A DNA stretch of 64,000 bases from Mobula hypostoma. Its lineage: Eukaryota. Positions 39,216-52,247 of this stretch are shown in pieces. The stretch lies in assembly GCF_963921235.1 (NCBI RefSeq), contig NC_086108.1, positions 54,748,001 to 54,812,000 on the forward strand, read 5' to 3'. The first letter of the stretch is position 1, and the number at the start of each line of letters is the position of its first letter. A program made the translations under genes and the position numbers. A model generated the notes under the pieces. It was not told the DNA's origin and made no database searches. It saw nothing but the letters and a program-made list of their open reading frames with translations.

Positions 39216-40109
39216 AATCTCTAAGAATTAAAGGAGTTAGCCACAATAGAAAACTTTTAGAAAACTGGTTATATTTTCCATTAATAAAAATCTTATTAAT
39301 TGTCCAAAAGTGAACTGAGGCAAAAGCCACAACTTGAGGTCAGAATTGAACTTGTGTCTCTGGCACTGAGATCACCTTCTATTAGTTGTATCAAAGGCCA
39401 GTTTTGATTTGTACATCCACCTCATCTGCTCAAGTGGTTTTTTTTCTGTTTTTAAAAATGTAAAACGTGAACTAATATCTTAAGAACATTGCATATATTT
39501 AAATCCCATACAAAGTGATACATGAATGACAAAACAATTATTGAAAGCCTGATAAATAAAAGCTAGCTTCTTGCAGTAGACTGTATAGGCAATCAAGGGT
39601 TGTATTGTGTTTGGGAAGACAATTGCAAGTGCCTTGTATAGACAATGAAAGTAACTCTCAATTCTTTAGAAAGTAAATCAGTAGTGTTGTCCTTGCCCAT
39701 TACCGCTGGATAATAAAACAAAAGTTCAAAGTAGATTTATTGTCAGGGTTGTATATATCACCATATACAATACTGAGGTTCATTTGCTTGCAGACATACT
39801 CAATGAACCCAATAACCAGAATAGAATCAATGAATGACTGCACCAACAGGGCAGACAGCCAGTGTGCAAAAGACTACAAACTGTGCAAAAAAAAAGAAAG
39901 AAAATACAAGAAATAATAGATAAATAAGCAATAAATATTTGAGCAGCTGCCTTGAACCACTTGCAGGCTTGCTGTTGAAATTGCTGTCACAGGACTGTTG
40001 GGTAGGGTGTTCCAGGATTTGGATCCAGCAACGATGGAGGAATGGCAGTGTTTACCCTGGTCAAACTGGGGTGTGATTTGGAGGGGAACTTGTAAGTGGG
40101 AATACCTAG

Positions 40110-40345
40110 GCAACACAGTGGCATAGCAGTTAGTGTAACACTATTACAGAACCAGTAACCCAGGTTTAATTTCGTTGCTGGCTGTAAGGAGTTTGTATGT
40201 TCTCCTGCGACCATGTGGGTTTCCTCTGGGCGCTCTGGTTTCCACCCACATTTCAAAGACCTGTCGGTTAGTAACTTGAATATATGACTGTACATGGGCA
40301 GTTTGGGCTTGTTGAGCAGGAAGGGTCTGTTGCCATCCTGACTCT
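40110..40345 (+). mobile_element. tRNA-derived V-domain (HE1-like) SINE, decayed
   Basis: tgggtttcctctgggcgctctggtttccacccaca V-domain-like core after a tRNA-like head. Confidence 0.7.
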
Positions 40346-41289
40346 AAAAGGTTCAAGGTACTTAGTGTATTACCAGGAAATTAGGCTGCTTTGTTTTGAA
40401 TGGTGCTACATTTCTTCAATGCTGTTGGAACTTTGGAAAAGTCATTGACCTGAAAGTTTAACTCTGTTTCTCTCCACAGATGCTGCTGACCTAACTATTT
40501 CCGGTGTTTTCTGTTTTTTTTAATTTCAGATTTTCAGCATCTGCAGTAGTTTCCTTTATCTGATATATTGAATGTGAGAATGAGAACTGAAGTTCCAGCC
40601 TGGCGACTTGGTCTTCATTATTCAGATAGCTTAGTGAGTGGTGGTGCCACCAGGCCAGTATTGACAATTGTCACTGAAGACCTCCAAACACAGGACATTT
40701 TAGCCTTGTTGCTTTCAGTATTCCAAGTAATGTTCAATATGGAACATCGACAAAATTCATTAAATAGTAATATGGAGGAAACTTTCTTGCCAATCCTTGA
40801 CTCAGTGCCATGGTATTTCATGGGTTCTGGGGATGACATTGAGAATTACCAAAACTTGCCCTGCTGTTAAATACCACTCTACTGCCACCTGGTGGAGATG
40901 ACCTGTTGATAGAAGGCGGCAAAGACAGGCATGGCGATTGTGGGGCCTGACATTTTCAGTAGGGTGTGAATCCATGGTTAGGACTGCATTTAATAGTTGA
41001 TTGACTAACACTGTGGTAGCTCTCCCAGATTTAGTTACCAGCTCCTAGGTGTTCAGAGGAGGAACTTGCAAGGTTATCTTAGCCTGAGGAGAATGTTACC
41101 CTGTCTGAATTTGGTTCATCACTCGATGTTTGATTATTTAACTATTAAATCTTTTTTGGGCTGCTGCATTTCCTTCATTTTTAAACATTGCACTTTGCTA
41201 CGGTATAAAATAGAATATTCTGCAGATTTGAACATCATTCATGTTAGAAACTATTTTTAATATTTAAATGTTATGTGATCCAAAAACAG

Positions 41290-41589
41290 GTGGTTCATCA
41301 TTTTCGAGCAAACCCACCACACCTACTGGGACATCAGGAGGATCATTTCACCCAGTGGCGTCTCCACAGAAACAATCCCCTCAACCCGTAGGAGGAGGTT
41401 CTTGGCAACAGAATGCGGGATTTGGTCGGCAACAAGGTTCATCTGCATGGCAACAGCCACAAACTAAACCGTCAAAGCCCCAGCAGCCAGTACCCCAGTC
41501 ATCTCCACAAAATAGACCTAATTATAATGTGAGCTTTGCTAGTGTCATTGGTTCTAGAGAAGAACGTGGATCAAGAGGACCAAATTTTG
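41290..41589 (+). CDS. DNAJC6: Auxilin exon (GGSSFSSKPTTPTG...SSPQNRPNYNVSF...GPNF)
   Basis: cag acceptor, G|gtaagt donor, 300 bp; within ORF 41268..41648. Confidence 0.93.
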
Positions 41590-42069
41590 GTAAGTATGAA
41601 AGCTTTTCTCTACTTTGCTCTTTAATATCTTCCAAGCAAAACAAGTGAATAGAATAGTAAGTATTAGAATAACCAAATGATGGCTCTTTTTTTCCCCTTG
41701 TCTTTAGGAATGTATCAGATTAATTTAGGTCTGAAGTTAAACAGGCGCATAAATTTGTATTTAAATTATCACTGCAATTTGCTGCTATGCTAACTGGTCT
41801 TTAATATCTCAATTATATGTAATTAAGATTTTTGTCTCTTCTGGTGTTTTCCTTTATTACAGATTAATAGCAAACAGTTTTTTTCCCTTTACATTAGTTT
41901 CTGATTTCATTTGCTTAATTTTTGAGACATAACAAAAGGGGCTGATTTCCTGCGAAGTGACTTGATCTGATTGCTATTGTGTGTTCCTGTAGGTAGTTCA
42001 AAATAAACAGTTGTAATGAGCATTATAAACACCTGTTTTTGATCCTATGGAAAAGAAGATAGGAAAGGA

Positions 42070-42219
42070 TCAACACACACAAAATGCTGGAGGAACTCAG
42101 CAGGCCAGGCAGCATCAATGGGAAAGAGTACAGTTGAGATTTTGGGCTGAGACCCTTCGGCAGGCTTGGATTTTTGTGTTGCTTGGATTTACAGAATCTG
42201 CAGATTTTCTCTTGTTTGT
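42070..42219. mobile_element. PLE-derived fold-back insertion
   Basis: Perfect 12-bp TSD gataggaaagga (42058-42069, 42220-42231); inverted PLE end plus sense tail. Confidence 0.85.
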
Positions 42220-42955
42220 GATAGGAAAGGAGCATATTAACTAGTTACTAGTTAGTAAACTTCATTGAGGAAGGTAGGAGGACTGTTCCAATCTGTCTGG
42301 ATTGGGGGGGAAAACCAGCACAAATTATGTTTCTGGCGTCTGTCCAAGGACATCAACGAGAATGTATTTGCTTGTATACACTAACTGTATCCAGAAGCTT
42401 GAAACAGAAAATTCACTGTGATTTATTGCACAGTTGCTCTTAAGCATAACTTGTGTTGAATTGCAAATGTATTACTCCATCCTTATCTCCAAATTCTCCT
42501 GAAGTTGGACTTGCTATCGAGCTTGTCTCTTAGCTTCCACCTAACATCTTTAACTGCACTAGAAAAAGAATGCCAATGAATGCATTTGGCAAGAACCATT
42601 ATTCTCGTTTTTATATGGCTTATGAATCAGATCAGTTGAAATGATTTTTTTTCTTTCAAAAAATTCTGTCTGTAGTTGCATTGTTAGACAATAAGCCCAC
42701 TTTGGATGTGTCTCATTCATAAACTAATGCAACCTACTGAAGTAGTCTTGCTTTATTTTCGCAAGATTGTTGTTGTGACTGTGGTTCTCTTTAAATAATA
42801 TAATGTTAGCATTTAGTTGAAATAAAAACGCTGACTATGCAAATAGTGGTTGTTCGAAATGGTCTTCTAATTAATTTATTGATCATCTCGCTATTCTAAT
42901 TTGCCCGACTCTAAAACTTCTTGACTTATGGTAAAGATTTTCCAATTTATTTTAG

Positions 42956-43104
42956 GAACTCGGCCAAAGGTTGCAGACAGTAACTTTGAGGACTTGTTGT
43001 CAAGCCAAGGGTTTGCATCCCAGAAGGATAAGAGAGGTCCAAAGACGATATCGGAAATGAGAAAGGAAGAAATGGCTAAAGATATGGACCCTGAGAAATT
43101 GAAG
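42956..43104 (+). CDS. DNAJC6: Auxilin exon (GTRPKVADSNFEDLLSSQGF...EMRKEEMAKDMDPEKLK)
   Basis: ttttag acceptor; non-canonical AAG|gcaagt donor needed to keep frame with the next exon. Confidence 0.93.
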
Positions 43105-44170
43105 GCAAGTGACAGATTTTAGTTAGATTGACAATAATAGAGAAGACCTGTCATATTTAGTTTTACGTTTCATTTTGCAGGTAACTTTATGTAGCACTAT
43201 TTTACTTAAAAATTAATATGCTGTCTTGCATTTTTTAGAGCTTGTCATATTGGAGGAAATGTACTACCATGGATTGAAAATTAGTTATGTATGGAAAACT
43301 GAATTGGAATAAGTAGATCTTTGAGGTTAGAAGTTCCTCGGTCCTCTGTTATTTACTATATATGTTACTGAGCTAGAGGAGAGGCAGATTGTCTGATACC
43401 TAAGTTTGCTGATGGCATAAAAATAAGTGGAAGAGCTGTAAGGAGAATATTTGTTATTGTGCAACAGGATGGTGAGAAATTGTAAATGGGTGAAGCCTTG
43501 GCCAGTTGAGTATAATGTGAGAAAGTGTAAGGTCATACACTTGTGCATTTGGTAAAGATCAAATTCTGAATGGAATGTGACTACACATGACTGAAGTACA
43601 GAAGAATCTATGTGTTGTTCCTGACATTAACAAAAAAGGAGCAGCCAGGTGTAACAACTAGACAGGAGGATTAAAAGCATTTTGATCTTTATTGCAGAGG
43701 AATTAGAATGTAGAAAAAGTTCAGTTGGTTTCAATTGCATAGGATGTTGGTGAGGACAGATGTCGAGAATTAATCTGTTTACCTGGTAGCTTCAGATAGC
43801 TTCCAAAGGATGAGATGAGAGTGATGTCCTGTCAAGAGAGACTAAGCAGGTTGGTCTGTGAAGTTTAGAAGAATGAAAGGTGTATTAAAACATAAAGATT
43901 CTCAGGGGGTTTGACAAAGTAGATGTAAGATATTTTCACTTGTGCGTAAGTCTTCAAAACATTAAACTAATTCAAAGGAAGAAAAGGGAGTTTGGGAATG
44001 CGGGTCCAACCTTGGGTTCACTTTAAGCAAGTTGTGCACGTATCACACAATAGCGTGATGAGGTATACAATTCATGTACTTTTACATATAACCCTTAATG
44101 AATTATTTAAACAAACAAGAATGCTTAATCTCCTCCCTGCTTAGCTATAAACTCCAACCCAATAGAGAAT

Positions 44171-44879
44171 ATAACTATATAATATAACCATTTAATAATT
44201 ACAGCACGGAATCAGGCTATCTCAGCCCTTCTAGTCTGTGCTGAAATCTTACTCTCATCTAGTCCCACCGACCTGCACTCAGCCCATAACCCTCCATTCC
44301 TTTCCTGTCCATATAGCTGTCTAATTTAACTTTAAATGACAACGTCGAACCTGCCTCAACCACTTCTGCTGGAAGCTCGTTCCACACAGCTACCACTCTC
44401 TGAGTAAAGAAGTTCCCCCTCATATTACCCCTAAACTTTTGCCCTTTAACTCTCAACTCATGTCCTCTTGTTTGAATCTCCCCTACTCGCAATGGAAAAA
44501 GCCTATCCACATCAACTCTATCTATCCCCCTCATAATTTTAAATACCTCTATCGTCCCCCCTCAATTTTCCCCGCTAAAGAATAAAGACCCAACTTGTTC
44601 AACCTTTCTCTGTATCTTAGGAGATGAAACCCAGCTAACATTCTAGTAAATCTTCTCTGTACTCTCTCAATTTTGTTGACATTTTTCCCATAATTTGGTG
44701 ACTAGAACTGTACGCAATACTTCAAATTTGGCCTCACCAATGCCTTGTACAATTTCAACATTACATCCCAACTCCTATACTCAATGCTCCGATTAATAAA
44801 GGCCAGCATACCAAAAGCTTTCTTCACCACCCTATCCACATGAGATTCCACCTTCAGGGAACTGTGCACCATTATTCCT
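44171..44879 (-). mobile_element. CR1 3' fragment inside the Gypsy element
   Basis: LYKALVRPNLKYCVQF, FFTQRVVAVWN; candidate agaat TSD. Confidence 0.88.
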
Positions 44880-45160
44880 AGAATGCATCTCAATTACACG
44901 CAGTTTATTATACAATACAACTACTGCATACTGACATCTCAGCATTGTAAATTTTAAATTTTCCTATTCAGACCAAAATATTTAATTGCTGTGGTGGATT
45001 TCTTATTCTTGTGGGATAATGTCTTTCCTGACAAGGAGGATCACTGCTTGGCAGGTGAGACTTGTGGCTGCGAAATGATCTCAGATTCTGAAGCCTCCTG
45101 CATGGTGGTTGTAGGAGTTGACTCTGAGACTGTAGGAAATGGTTCTGACAGCTCTGGGCA

Positions 45161-45728
45161 CCTCTCTTATCCTTCCTTTTTCTTCTAGTTTTGTGCATCT
45201 TGATTTTGGGAACGTGCATTTAGTTCACTGCAGTAATCTCTTATTAATCCTTCTATTGCTCCCTTTATGATCTGATCTGTCCTCCTGGTTTCCTCGTCCA
45301 CAACATCATCTCTTGAATCCACTCTTTTCATATCTGCATTGACTGCTTTCAGTTTGGCCTTCCATTCATCCAGCTGGACTTTGGTCTTTGCATCTACTTT
45401 TATAAGCAATTATTTGTCTCCCATTTGAAGTTCATGCAATAACCCGAATGCACACAGAGTAGATTCTGTTTCTCTATCCTCACAAAAGCTGAATGCTTGC
45501 AACTTTCCTGACGCTCCTTGAACTCTCTTCCAGCTTCAAACATGCCATATTTAGCGAGTAACGTCTTATTAACATATCAGAAGCTTTCTCGGGTGTGTAG
45601 CCTACAAAAACTGTTGTAGTCAGAGTCAGATCACTGCTTTCGTCACTTTCACAATTCTTCTGAGCAGCATGGTCCTTCCTTGGTCCAATATGCTTTCTAA
45701 CTAGAAGCACAGAGGTTGGCACCAACAC
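45161..45728 (-). pseudogene. RBM25: Intronless RBM25 fragment (RRM and flanks) inside the Gypsy element
   Basis: Minus-strand frames give VLVPT..KHIGPRKDH..TTTVFVGYTPEKASDMLIR / SWKRVQGASGKLQAFSFCEDRETESTLCAFGLLHELQMGDK*LLIKVDAKTKVQLDEWKAK..DEETRRTDQIIKGAIEGLIRDYCSELNA, collinear with RBM25; stops and frameshifts. Confidence 0.9.
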
Positions 45729-47216
45729 ACGTTTGTCCTCTGTTGGGCAGCGGTTTATGGTGTTCAGCATGGAGGCAATTGTGGCATCATCCAGTGCCTT
45801 TCTTAATTCACTTTCAGTTGACTCTATTACAGGGGATGTGGCATTCATTTGGTGAATAGATCTCCAATCAAGTTGGAGTTGTCTCAGCCTATCGCACTCC
45901 CACAATGCTCGTCCTTTGGATTTTACCACATACGAGCTCAATGTGGCTTGTTGGTTGTTGTACTTCACAATTACAAATGTCATTCCTGCAGGAGTTATCT
46001 TTTCTCCAGTATGAGTTCTTTGTTGGATATCTGCAGGCTTCAGTTTGGTATCTTAGAAATGCCATTAAAACTTATTTTGTGGAATGACAAACAGCTGAAC
46101 CAGTATCCAATTCCATTTTAATTACAATAATTTGCCATTCACTTCTGGCATGTCTTATTGCTTGTCTATTAATAATTTTCAAACTGTAAATCTCAAGACT
46201 ACACAAACCTGTGTCACTCTCATCATTATCCGATTTCTCATCAAAGATGTGCAGATTAGTGTTATTTTTTAAACTGCAACTTGACTTTTTAGCTTTTACT
46301 CTTCCTTGTGCAGTCCATTTATTTTTGTCTGCCCACTGTGCTCTTTGTATGTGTCTTATTTTGTTGCATTTTCTTCAAATTTCGCCTCTAACCCTGCATT
46401 GGTTTGGTGTATGTGAACCCCTGCCACAATAGTAACATAATTTGTTTGGCCAAGCTGCTTTCTGTTCTGTACTTTTCTTCACGCTCACTTTAATTCCTGA
46501 CTACAACTGAATGGCGTCTCTGTCTGTGGTTTCCATTGAAATAGCAATTTCTATTGCTCTTTTGAATGTAAGTTGTGCTTATTTAAGAGCTGTTTTTGAA
46601 TGCTTTCTTTAAAGATTCCACAACCTTAAACAATCTCTCAGTGTATCATTAAACCCATTACTGAACTGGCAACACTCAATCACTTCAATTCTGTCATGTA
46701 TGCTGAAATAGATTCCCCTCTTTTTGATTCCACATATGAAACCTAAAATCTTCTGCAATCAACAATGTATTCAGTTCTAAATGTTCCTGCATTACTTTCA
46801 CAATATCAGTGAAGCTCATTTTAGATGGCTTGGTTGGAACAGACAAATCAAACTGTATACCTTTAATCCAATGCATTCAGCAAAATTGATACTTGTTCCT
46901 TGTTGGCTGTTTCATTTGTTTTAAAATATTGCTGAATTAAGTCAGTATATATATTTGAGTTATCTTTTGTGTAATCAACCATATCAATTTTTCCAGTGTA
47001 GCCAGCCATTTCTGCTATTTTTTAGTGATTATTACCACACGGTACTCACTCTTTATGAACCTGTGAATTCCTCTATTTACTGCCTTGTTTTAAGAAAACT
47101 TGATCATGTCCTCCCTTCAGAAGAACATGTGCTGTACGTTTTTAAAACTCTTTAAGTTCTTCGCTGCACTTTTTTTTTAAAGGTTGAATGTCGTGCTGAG
47201 CTTCAATAGGTTGGTA

Positions 47217-50200
47217 CAAGTGTCCGCCGCTTTTCAAACGTTCACTTTACAAAACCTTACTGTTACGAAAGACCTACATTAGTTACCTGTTTTCACTAAC
47301 AGAAAGTGTTTTCACTGTTACAAAGAAAGGCAGCGTGCGATAAAAAAGCAGCGTGCGATAAAAGGCAGCGCGCCCCGAGCAGCTGCTCTCCCCCGGATTC
47401 GGAACGGCATTCTCGCCGGCATCGCTTAAACACGTGCCTGTGAGCTGCCATTTGCAAGATGAGTTCGAAGGTATCACAAAGGTAATGCTACGGTTGTTAT
47501 GGGGGACTTCAACATGCAGGTAGACTGGAGAAATCAGGTTGGTACTGGACCCCAAGAAAGGGCGTTTGTGGAGTCCCTCCGAGATGGATTCTTAGAACAG
47601 CTTGTACTGGAGCCTACCAGAGAGAACACAATTCTAGATTTAGTGTTGTGCAATGAACCGGATTTGATCAGGGACCTCGAGGTAAAGGAGCCATTAGGAG
47701 TTAGTGACCATAATATGATAAGTTTTAATCTACAATTTGAGAGGGAGAAGGGAAACTCGGAAGTGTCAGTATTACAGTTGAACAAAGGGAACTATGGTGC
47801 TATGAGGGAGGAGCTGGCCAATGTTCAATGGGACGATACCCTAGCAGGGATGACAGTGGAACAGCAATGGCAAGTGTTTCTGGGAATAATGCGGAAGGTG
47901 CAGGATCAGTTCATTCCAAAGAGGAAGAAAGATCCTAAGGGGAGTAAGGGGAGGCTGTGGCTGACAAGGGAAGTAATGGACAGTATAAAAATAAAAGAGA
48001 AGAAGTATAACATAGCAAAGATGAGTAGGAAGCCGGAGGATTGGGAAACTTTTAAAGAGTAACAGAAGGTAACTAAAAAGGCAATACGCAGAGAAAAAAT
48101 GAGGTACGAAGGTAAACTAGCCAAGAATATAAAGGAGGATAGTAAAAGCTTCTTTAGGTATGTGAAAAGGAAAAAAATAGTTAAGACCAAAATTGGGCCC
48201 TTGAAGACAGAAGCGGGTGAATTTATTATGGGGAACAAGGAAATGGCAGACGAGTTGAACAGGTACTTTGGATCTGTCTTCACTAGGGAAGACACAAACA
48301 ATCTCCCAGATGTAATAGTGGCCAAAGGACCTAGGGTAATGGATGAATTGAAGGAAATTTATATTAGGCAGGAAATGGTGTTGGATAGGCTGTTAGGTCT
48401 GAAGGCTGATAAGTCCCCGGGACCTGATAGTCTGCATCCCAGGGTACTTGAGGAGGTGGCTTCAGAAATCGTGGACGCATTGGTAATCATTTTCCAATGT
48501 TCTATAGATTCAGGATCAGTTCCTGTGGATTGGAGGCTGGCTAATGTTGTCCCTCTCTTCAAGAAGGGAGGAAGAGAGAAAACAGGGAATTATAGACTGG
48601 TTAGCCTCACGTGGGTGGTGGGAAAGATGCTGGAGTCAACTATAAAAGATGAAATTACGACACATCTGGATAGCAGTAACAGGATTGGTCCGAGTCAGCA
48701 TGGATTTATGAAGGGGAAATCGTGCTTGACTAATCTTCTGGAATTTTTTGAGGATGTAACTATGAAAATGGACAAGGGAGAGCCAGTGGATGTAGTGTAC
48801 CTGGACTTTCAGAATGCCTTTGGTAAAGTCCCACATAGGAGATTAGTGGGCAAAATTAGGGCACATGGTATTGGGGGCAGAGTACTGACATGGATTGAAA
48901 ATTGGCTGGCTGACAGAAAACAAAGAGTAACGATTAACGGGTCCCTTTCGGAATGGCAGGCGGTGACCAGTGGGGTACAGCAGGGTTCAGTGCTGGGACC
49001 GCAGCTGTTTACAATATATATTAATGATTTAGATGAGGGAATTAAAAGTAACATTAGCAAATTTGCCGATGACACAAAGCTGGGTGGCAGTGTGAAATGT
49101 GAGGAGGATGTTATGAGAATGCAGGGTGACTTGGACAGGCTGGGTGAGTGGGCAGATGCATGGCAGATGCAGTTTAATGTGGATAAATGTGAGGTTATCC
49201 ACTTTGGTGGTAAGAACGGGAAGGCAGATTATTATCTAAATGGAGTCAAGTTAGGAAAAGGGGAAGCACAACGAGATCTAAGTGTTTTTGTACATCAGTC
49301 ACTGAAAGCAAGCATGCAAGTACAGCAGGCAGTGAAGAAAGCTAATAGCATGCTGGCCTTCATAACAAGGGGAATTGAGTATAAGAGCAAAGAGGTCTTT
49401 CTGCAGCTGTACAGGGCCCTGGTGAAACCACACCTGGAGTACTGTGTGCAGTTTTGGTCTCCAAATTTGAGGAAGGACATTCTTGCTATTGAGGGAGTGC
49501 AGCGTAGGTTCACAAGGTTAATTCCCGGGATGGTGGGACAGTCATATGTTGAAAGATTGGAGCGACTGGGCTTGTATACTCTGGAATTTAGAAGGCTGAG
49601 AGGGGATCTTATTGAAACATATAAGATTATTAAGGGATTGGACACGCTGGAGGCAGGAAGCATGTTCCCACTGATGGGTGAGTCCAGAACCAAAGGCTGC
49701 AGTTTAAGAATAAGGGGTAGGCCATTTAGAACGGAGTTGAGGAAAAGCTTTTTCACCCAGAGAGTGGTGGATATATGGAATGCTCTGCCCCAGAAGGCTG
49801 TGGAGGCCAAGTCTCTGGATGCTTTCAAGAAAGAGATGGATAGGGCTCTTAAAGATAGCGGAATCAAAGGTTATGGGGATAAGGCAGGAACTGGATACTG
49901 ATTGTGGATGATCAGCCATGATCACAGTGAATGGGGGTGCTGGCTCGAAGGGCCGAATGGCCTACTCCTGCACCTATTGTCTATTGTATCGGAAAAGCCT
50001 AAAAGAGCTCATAAGGGTGTTACACTTCGCGTAAAACTAGACATAATTAAGCGTTTCGATCGTGGTGAACGAAGTAAGGACAAAGTGAGTTTGGCTTGTG
50101 GAAGTTGACGAAGATGATGTTGAAGAGGTTTTGGCATCCCATGACCAAGAACTGATAGGTGAAGAGCTGATGCAATTGGAAGAGGAAAGGATAACAATCA

Positions 50201-51372
50201 AAACCGAATTCAGTAGCGAAAGTGAAGTCGTCCAGGAACTGAATGTGAAGCAACTGCGTGAGATTTTCGCTGCAATGGTAAAGTACGACTTTAATTTTGA
50301 AAGGGTACGTCAGTTTAGGGCATACATATTTGCAAGATGGTTTGAGTGCTTACAAGGAACTATATGCTCTAAAAATGTGCGAGGCTCAGCAGTCAAGCAA
50401 GCCTTCCACAGCAGAGGACGAACCTCGACCTTCGACATCGAGGCGCGCAGTCATCGGAGAAGATGAGCTGCCTGCCCTAATGGAAACAGACGACGATGAG
50501 ATGACACCCCAGTGTCCCACCACCCCAACCCCCAGACCCCGGACAGATACCAATTCGTGGAGAATGCAGCGGTAGCCGGGAGGCACCCAGCACATCTTTA
50601 AGAAAAAAGCCGAAATAAACATGCTAATTAATCAGGTGCCACCCGGCACGTAATTGTCGGCCCAGATCAGAGACGATTGCCGATTGCATTGCCTCTGATC
50701 TGGGCCAACAGTTACGTGCCGGGCGGCACCTAATTAATTAGCTTGTTTATTTCGGCTTTTTTCTTAAAGATGTGCTGTGTGCCTCCCAGCTACCGCTGGA
50801 CCCCTGGATGGTTCGCGGATCGGTATCGGTCGGCAGCCTGGAGGTTGGGGGACCACTGCCACACCCCACCCTGCAACGACTCAGTCTAACACACCATCAT
50901 CAGTGTGCTCTGCAAGCTGTCTTCCCAATTCCTGTAAGTGATACTACACTGAACATACATTATTTCTACTTAGGCTGTGTATTTTTACGTGTTATTTGGT
51001 ATGATTTGGCAGCTTCATAGCTTAAAGGTTACTGGAGAGAGTGTTTTTGCCAACAGCGCCTGCATAAGATTTTCTCCCGAGAACGCTTGCGTAAGATTTT
51101 TGCCATGGAGAACAGTGCCGGCAATGATTGTGGAATAGTATTTCTGCGTTATATAGGCTGTGTATTTATCATATCATTCCTGCTTTTACTATATGTTACT
51201 GTTATTTTAGGTTTTATGTGTTATTTGGCATGATTTGGTAGGTTATTTTTGGGTCTGCGAACGCTCACAAAATTTTCCCATGTAAATGGTAATTGCTTCT
51301 TTGCTTTACAACATTCCGGCTTACGAACCATTTCATAGGAACGCTGTACCTTCGGATGGTGGGGGAAACCTG
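47217..51372 (+). mobile_element. Second Tigger/pogo-like non-autonomous copy, split by a CR1
   Basis: TA|CAAGTGTCCGCCGC ... GGGGGAAACCTG|TA; collinear with 11157-12709. Confidence 0.9.
47476..49985 (+). mobile_element. Young 5'-truncated CR1 LINE (partial EN + RT)
   Basis: ORFs 47499..48062 (MGDFN, SDH) and 48099..49901 (FADD) share a frame, split by one TAA; ctattgt tail; TSD gtatc (47471-47475, 49986-49990). Confidence 0.96.
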
Positions 51373-51689
51373 TAGCTGCCTTGGGTTCATTTTAAAAATA
51401 CCTCATTACCAATGTTATGTTTTGTATCTTCAAATCATTGAACTAATTTAAAGGAAGACACAGGAGTCAGGGAATGTTGGTCTAACTTCGGTTTTACTTT
51501 AAGTGAGGCATACACATATCACACGGTACCGTGACACATAGAGTACACGTATTTATGCATATAACCCTCAATGAATTATTTAAACTAGCAAGAATGCTTA
51601 ATCAAACAATGTACATACGCGATTACTCAAATATTAAATACACAACAGACTGGTATTGGTTCAAGACGAGGGCTGGTCATTTAAAATTT

Positions 51690-51960
51690 ATTTATTTAAT
51701 TATTGAGGTACCATGCGAAATAGGCCCTTCTGGCCCTTCTAGTCGTGTTGCCCAGCAATCCACTGATTTAACCTGAGCCGAATGACGGGACGATTTACAA
51801 TGACCAATTAACCTACCAACTGCTGGATCTTTGGACTGTGGGAGGAAACCCATGCAGTCATGGGAAAAATGTACATACGTACCCCTTTCATGCAGTGGCA
51901 GGAATAGAACCCCGTTCACCGGTACTGGAGAGCATCGTGCTAACCACTGCACTACCATAC
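51690..51960 (-). mobile_element. V-domain SINE remnant
   Basis: Minus strand tgggtttcctcccacagtccaaaga core and tRNA-like head gtagtgcagtggttagcac. Confidence 0.65.
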
Positions 51961-52023
51961 CCCCCCCACCCCCCACCCCCGAGGTATTATTCTAGGTAGG
52001 TGTATTGGACTTTGCAATTCTTT

Positions 52024-52247
52024 GAAGAAGAAGAAAGCCCTTAACTCCGAGTGGAGTCATCGGGATGCCGTCATGATAGCATTTTTTTTTAGCAGGCATT
52101 CTTACTTTTACGAGGCTGAGTTGCTAGCTCGATGCTCGACGCTCAACCCAGCATGGATGGAAAGCGTGCAAGGGAGCCGGCTGGATTCAAACTCGGGAGC
52201 CTTCGCTCCGAAGTCCGGCACTGATGCCACTAGGCCACCAGTTGGCT
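52024..52247 (-). mobile_element. tRNA(Arg)-derived SINE, second copy
   Basis: Perfect 13-bp TSD tttgcaattcttt (52011-52023, 52248-52260); similar to 17047-17260. Confidence 0.9.

Larger units (their letters stand above)
43941..51647 (-). mobile_element. Gypsy/Ty3-like LTR retrotransposon, non-autonomous, with nested insertions
   Basis: LTR TGT...ACA at 51413-51647 and a diverged partner at ~43941-44130; PBS-like ttggtaatgagg next to the right LTR; PPT-like agggagga at 44131-44138; gag (KVMQEHLE...IAEDFRFH), zinc knuckle CYYCGRGSHTPNQC (~46390-46437), protease MELDTGSAV (~46090-46116), integrase tail RHYPTRIRNPP. Confidence 0.85.

Noticed and set aside
45185..45983. Functional protease-RBM25 fusion protein
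   Set aside because: Frameshifts and stops in gag, protease and the RRM; no intact reading frame remains
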